Shown here one piece after another: positions 63,301-63,724 of a stretch of 63,724 bases of DNA. Every line of letters starts with the position of its first letter. The first letter of the stretch is position 1. The notes beneath the pieces were generated by a model, which saw only the letters and a program-made list of their open reading frames with translations, had not been told where the DNA came from and ran no database searches. A program made the translations under genes and the position numbers. Where the stretch lies: IMG/VR virus record IMGVR_UViG_3300044630_000814, positions 1-63,724 of that record; one strand, given 5' to 3'. Source of the DNA: a virus. Lineage: Duplodnaviria; Caudoviricetes.

Positions 63301-63724
63301 ATGGCTCTTGTCCTCGCTGACCGCGTTAGGGATACCACTGCTACAACTGGTACAGGTACGGTAACGCTCAGCGGGACCGCGCCGACCGGGTATCAGAACT
63401 TTTCGGTAATCGGTAACGGTAACACGACGTATTATACGATTAACAGCGACACCCAGTGGGAAGTCGGCGTTGGCACCTACACGTCTTCCGGTACGACCCT
63501 AGCGCGTAACACGGTATTGGCGTCGAGCAATGGTGGTGCGCTTGTAGATTTTGCTGCGGGCACCAAGGACGTTTTCGTCACTTACCCATCCGAAAAGGCT
63601 GTCACGGAAGACTATGGCAATGCGCTAGCCGCAACCACTGCGGCTAACCTAGCTGGCGGTGCAGCGGGGTCTATCCCTTACCAGACTGCGGCTAACACCA
63701 CAGCGATGCTTGCAACGGGCACGG
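63301..63724 (+). CDS. Tail fibre N-terminus (continues at position 1)
   Basis: AAGGA RBS; MALVLADRVRDTTATTGTGTVTL...WEVG.GTY; open to the contig end and in frame with 165-4406. Confidence 0.9.
   Translation, partial: MALVLADRVRDTTATTGTGTVTLSGTAPTGYQNFSVIGNGNTTYYTINSDTQWEVGVGTYTSSGTTLARNTVLASSNGGALVDFAAGTKDVFVTYPSEKAVTEDYGNALAATTAANLAGGAAGSIPYQTAANTTAMLATGT
63542..63724 (+). repeat. Terminal overlap, copy 2
   Basis: Matches 1-183 (127 bp identical, then synonymous variants). Confidence 0.95.

Overview
This window is an essentially complete, circularly assembled dsDNA tailed-phage genome of about 63.5 kb; positions 63542-63724 repeat 1-183. It has podovirus-type architecture and most likely infects an alphaproteobacterium, judging from GcrA-like genes, an alphaproteobacterial-type RNA polymerase alpha-CTD and a BrnA-like RHH protein. 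The plus-strand late arm runs from about 47.7 kb through the origin to 24.2 kb. It encodes HNH, TerS/TerL, portal, GroES-like, scaffold, a Mu gpT-like major capsid, a glycosyltransferase, a cluster of small Lys-rich proteins, adaptors, two tail fibres, a lysis cassette, a nozzle, and ejection proteins including a 2315-aa metallopeptidase-bearing protein. The minus-strand early/middle arm (47.2 to 24.3 kb) encodes many small proteins, a MoxR AAA+/VWA pair, VRR-NUC, PolA, a Cas4-like nuclease, a SNF2 helicase, an SSB-like protein and a primase-helicase. I recognised no integrase, RNA polymerase, tRNA or CRISPR array. The most unusual observations are four. (1) A middle-operon array of apparent mimic mini-proteins: a copy of the phage's own capsid N-terminus conserved at protein but not DNA level, an alpha-CTD, a sigma-4-like HTH and an SSB-tail-like 25-mer. 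(2) An early regulatory code of about 15 CTAAC-N3-GTTAG palindromes, a shared extended RBS (AAGGAGCAAAC), and 3'-end hairpins carrying the antisense of that RBS. (3) A shared (M/Y/F)AxGG peptide tag linking ejection proteins and small basic proteins. (4) Several structured non-coding RNAs. All family assignments come from motif recognition by eye; no database searches were run.
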